A DNA stretch of 63,103 nucleotides, counting the filler, from Octopus bimaculoides (taxonomy: Eukaryota): assembly GCF_001194135.2 (NCBI RefSeq). It is 5 parts of 4 records of this genome, joined end to end, with 100 filler letters (N's around TTAATTAATTAA, not from the genome) between each part and the next. Parts side by side here need not be neighbours in the genome. Positions count along the whole stretch, not along the records: positions 59,981 to 63,103 come from NC_068985.1; 4 more parts are not named here. One strand, 5' to 3'. The translations under genes were made by a program, and so were the position numbers. Position 1 is the first letter of the stretch. Each line of letters begins with the position of its first letter. Of this stretch, positions 60,189 through 63,103 are shown one piece after another. The notes below the pieces were generated by a model, which did not search any database, was not told the DNA's origin, and saw nothing but the letters and a program-made list of their open reading frames with translations.

Positions 60189-60702
60189 GGTCCGTGTATA
60201 TTAAGTGTGTGTATATGTATGTCTACGTAAATGTCTATGTGTGTATGTGTGTTTTGCATATATTATGTGCGTGTTGTGTGTGTACGAAAAATATTTGTGT
60301 GTGTATGTGTGTGTGTGTGTGTGTGTGTTAGCGTGTGTTTGCGATGTATTTGTGTGTAAAGTTATGTGTAAGGCTATGTGTGTCAATGTGTCAGTGAGTA
60401 TCCGAATGTGTACTTGTGTGTGTGTGTGTTTGTGTGTGTGTGTTTGTGTGTGTGTACGTGTGCATGTATTTGTGTATGTATAAATATTTGTATGCGTGTA
60501 TGTGTACGTGTGAGTGTGTTTGTGTGTCCATGTGCGTGTGTGTGTGAGAGTTGTTTGTGTTTGTGAATATATGTGCATGTATGTACGTGTGGATGTGTAT
60601 GTGTGTGTGTGTGTGTGTGTGTGTAAATGTAATTGTGCTAGTGTGTATGCATTTGTTTGTGTATATGTGTGTATGTAAATGAAAGTGAACGGTAAATGTC
60701 TT

Positions 60703-60734
<32 letters not shown>

Positions 60735-61553
60735 TATGTTTATACGTGTTTATGTGTGTGTATGTGAATGTTTATTCTTACATTTCTTTTACTTGTTTCA
60801 GACATTTGACTGCGGCCATGCTGGAGCACCGCCTTAGACGGTTTTAGCCGAAGAAATCAATCCCAGGACTTACTTTTTGTAAGCCTAGGACGTATTCCAT
60901 TCGTCTCTTTTGACGAACCGCTAACTTATGAGGACATAAACACACTATATATATATATATGCTACGGGCTTCTTTCATTTTCCGACTACCAAATCCACTC
61001 ACAAGGCTTTTGTCGGCCCGAGACTACAATAGAAGACGCTTACCTAAGGTGCCACGCATTGGGACTGAACACGGAACCATGTGGTTGGGAAGCAATATTC
61101 TTACCACATTGCGTCGGTCAATGTATGTTTGNNNNNNNNNNNNNNNNNNNNNNNNNNNNNNNNNNNNNNNNNNNNNNNNNNNNNNNNNNNNNNNNNNNNN
61201 NNNNNNNNNNNNNNNNNNNNNNNNNNNNNNNNNNNNNNNNNNNNNNNNNNNNNNNNNNNNNNNNNNNNNNNNNNNNNNNNNNNNNNNNNNNNNNNNNNNN
61301 NNNNNNNNNNNNNNNNNNNNNNNNNNNNNNNNNNNNNNNNNNNNNNNNNNNNNNNNNNNNNNNNNNNNNNNNNNNNNNNNNNNNNNNNNNNNNNNNNNNN
61401 NNNNNNNNNNNNNNNNNNNNNNNNNNNNNNNNNNNNNNNNNNNNNNNNNNNNNNNNNNNNNNNNNNNNNNNNNNNNNNNNNNNNNNNNNNNNNNNNNNNN
61501 NNNNNNNNNNNNNNNNNNNNNNNNNNNNNNNNNNNNNNNNNNNNNNNNNNNNN

Positions 61554-61588
<35 letters not shown>

Positions 61589-62036
61589 AGTGGATATATG
61601 TATGTGCTTGCGTGAGTATATCTGTATATATGGTTGAATATCTCTGTATATATGAGTGTGTCTGTTCTTATAGGTGAGTGTGTCCATGAATGCGTGAGTG
61701 TGTCTGTACATATGTGTTTGTAGAAATATGTGTGTATGTGTGACTGTGTTGTGCTTGTCATAGTGTAAGAATAAGAGTGTAAAGCTATGTGTATCAATGT
61801 ATGCATGCGTGTGTATGTGTATATGTATGTGAGTGTGTATGTGTACCTACGAAAATAATTGTGCGAGTGCGTTTTAATGTACATGTGTGTGTACGTGCGC
61901 GGGTGCGCGTGTCTTAATGTTTGCAATAGACCTAATCACGAGACAAAATTATTTAATTTTCTATCTCTAAAAAAATTAATTGCATATTTATAAATATATA
62001 AATAGACACATACACGCATACATACGCATGTACATG

Positions 62037-62070
<34 letters not shown>

Positions 62071-62130
62071 CACTAGCATATACACTCATATATATGTATA
62101 TATATGCATATATATATGAACATATATATG

Positions 62131-62161
<31 letters not shown>

Positions 62162-62431
62162 GTATATATGTATATGCATGTATGCATGTGTATACATACA
62201 TATATACAATACACGCATGAGTATATAACAAAATAAGCTAGACATCTTAATTGCGTATATAGAGAGTGTCGTGTATGTTTCTCTCAATGAAGGATGGTGT
62301 TTATATAGGGTATGTGTATCGATACATGAATATATGAGTATGTGTATATATAAATCTATGTGTCTTTGTATATTATAATGTATGTACGTGTATATATACA
62401 TACACACAAACATACATAATTGCATATATAC

Positions 62432-62483
<52 letters not shown>

Positions 62484-62650
62484 GTATGTATATACGCTGA
62501 TAGGTTGTTAACTAAATAACGAGCGCCTATTATCCAACTCACATAAACACAGCCATACAGAAACACATACACACACGCGCGCATACACTTGCACATGCGC
62601 ACACACACACGCGCAAGCGCGCACAGACGTCTGTGTGTATGTGTGTGTGT
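59980..62650. repeat. Degenerate (GT)/(AT)/(AC) alternating tracts
   Basis: Near-continuous purine-pyrimidine alternation, interrupted by one SINE and a gap. Confidence 0.9.
60775..61110 (-). mobile_element. SINE family B
   Basis: GACTGCGGCCATGCTGGAGCACCGCC..GGGACTGAACACGGAACCATGTGG. Confidence 0.85.
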
Positions 62651-62875
62651 GTGTGCGTCTTTAAAACAACATGAATTAAGAGCAGTAGTATCATTCTCCC
62701 CCTCTTTATCCCCCCCCCCACACACACACACAAACAACATTCAAACACAGTGATTACAACTGCGAAACGTTTACAATTAATTATAACAACATACCAATAA
62801 TTTAATGAGGATTTAGCTAATTAAACTCATTAGGGCAGTTTTAGTTAGAGTAATGGGCTTCGTCTGCGCTGCCCC

Positions 62876-62912
<37 letters not shown>

Positions 62913-63103
62913 GCCTCCATTATCGTCGTCTTCGTCGCCAGTCTTTTCTTTCACCACCGCTTGTTAGAACAGCCAAAACCATCACCATGTGAGGGTGCTT
63001 GTTAAAACGAACATATGTATATATAGACATTTATGCATACGTTTTACTTTCACTCCCTTGCTCTCACGCTCTCTCACTCTCTTTCACAATATACATATAT
63101 ATA

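Overview
AT-rich, gap-ridden eukaryotic draft scaffold that is almost entirely repeats. The SINE families, microsatellite load and N-gap style suggest an octopus or other coleoid cephalopod; this is inferred from recalled repeat sequences, not from a search. No intact protein-coding gene can be supported, and the long ORFs in the track are artefacts of N gaps and microsatellites. Contents: at least four tRNA-headed SINE families; relics of Tx1/L1-like LINEs (including a 2-kb ORF1-only copy and a 3'-truncated ORF1+ORF2 copy); four R4/Dong-like LINE fragments, three abutting (TAA)n runs; an RTE RT fragment; three Penelope-like GIY-YIG fragments; a Gypsy RNase H fragment; mariner/maT/Tc1 fragments; nested MITEs; a ~680-bp foldback element; and two probable decayed intronless class-A GPCR genes in tandem. 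The most interesting signal is a set of minimal type-I hammerhead ribozyme motifs, all with palindromic helix III. One sits inside an element with a tRNA-like Pol III head, i.e. a candidate tRNA-SINE/ribozyme hybrid that may be mobilised by Penelope-like elements. All translations and pairings were done by eye, so coordinates of decayed relics are approximate.
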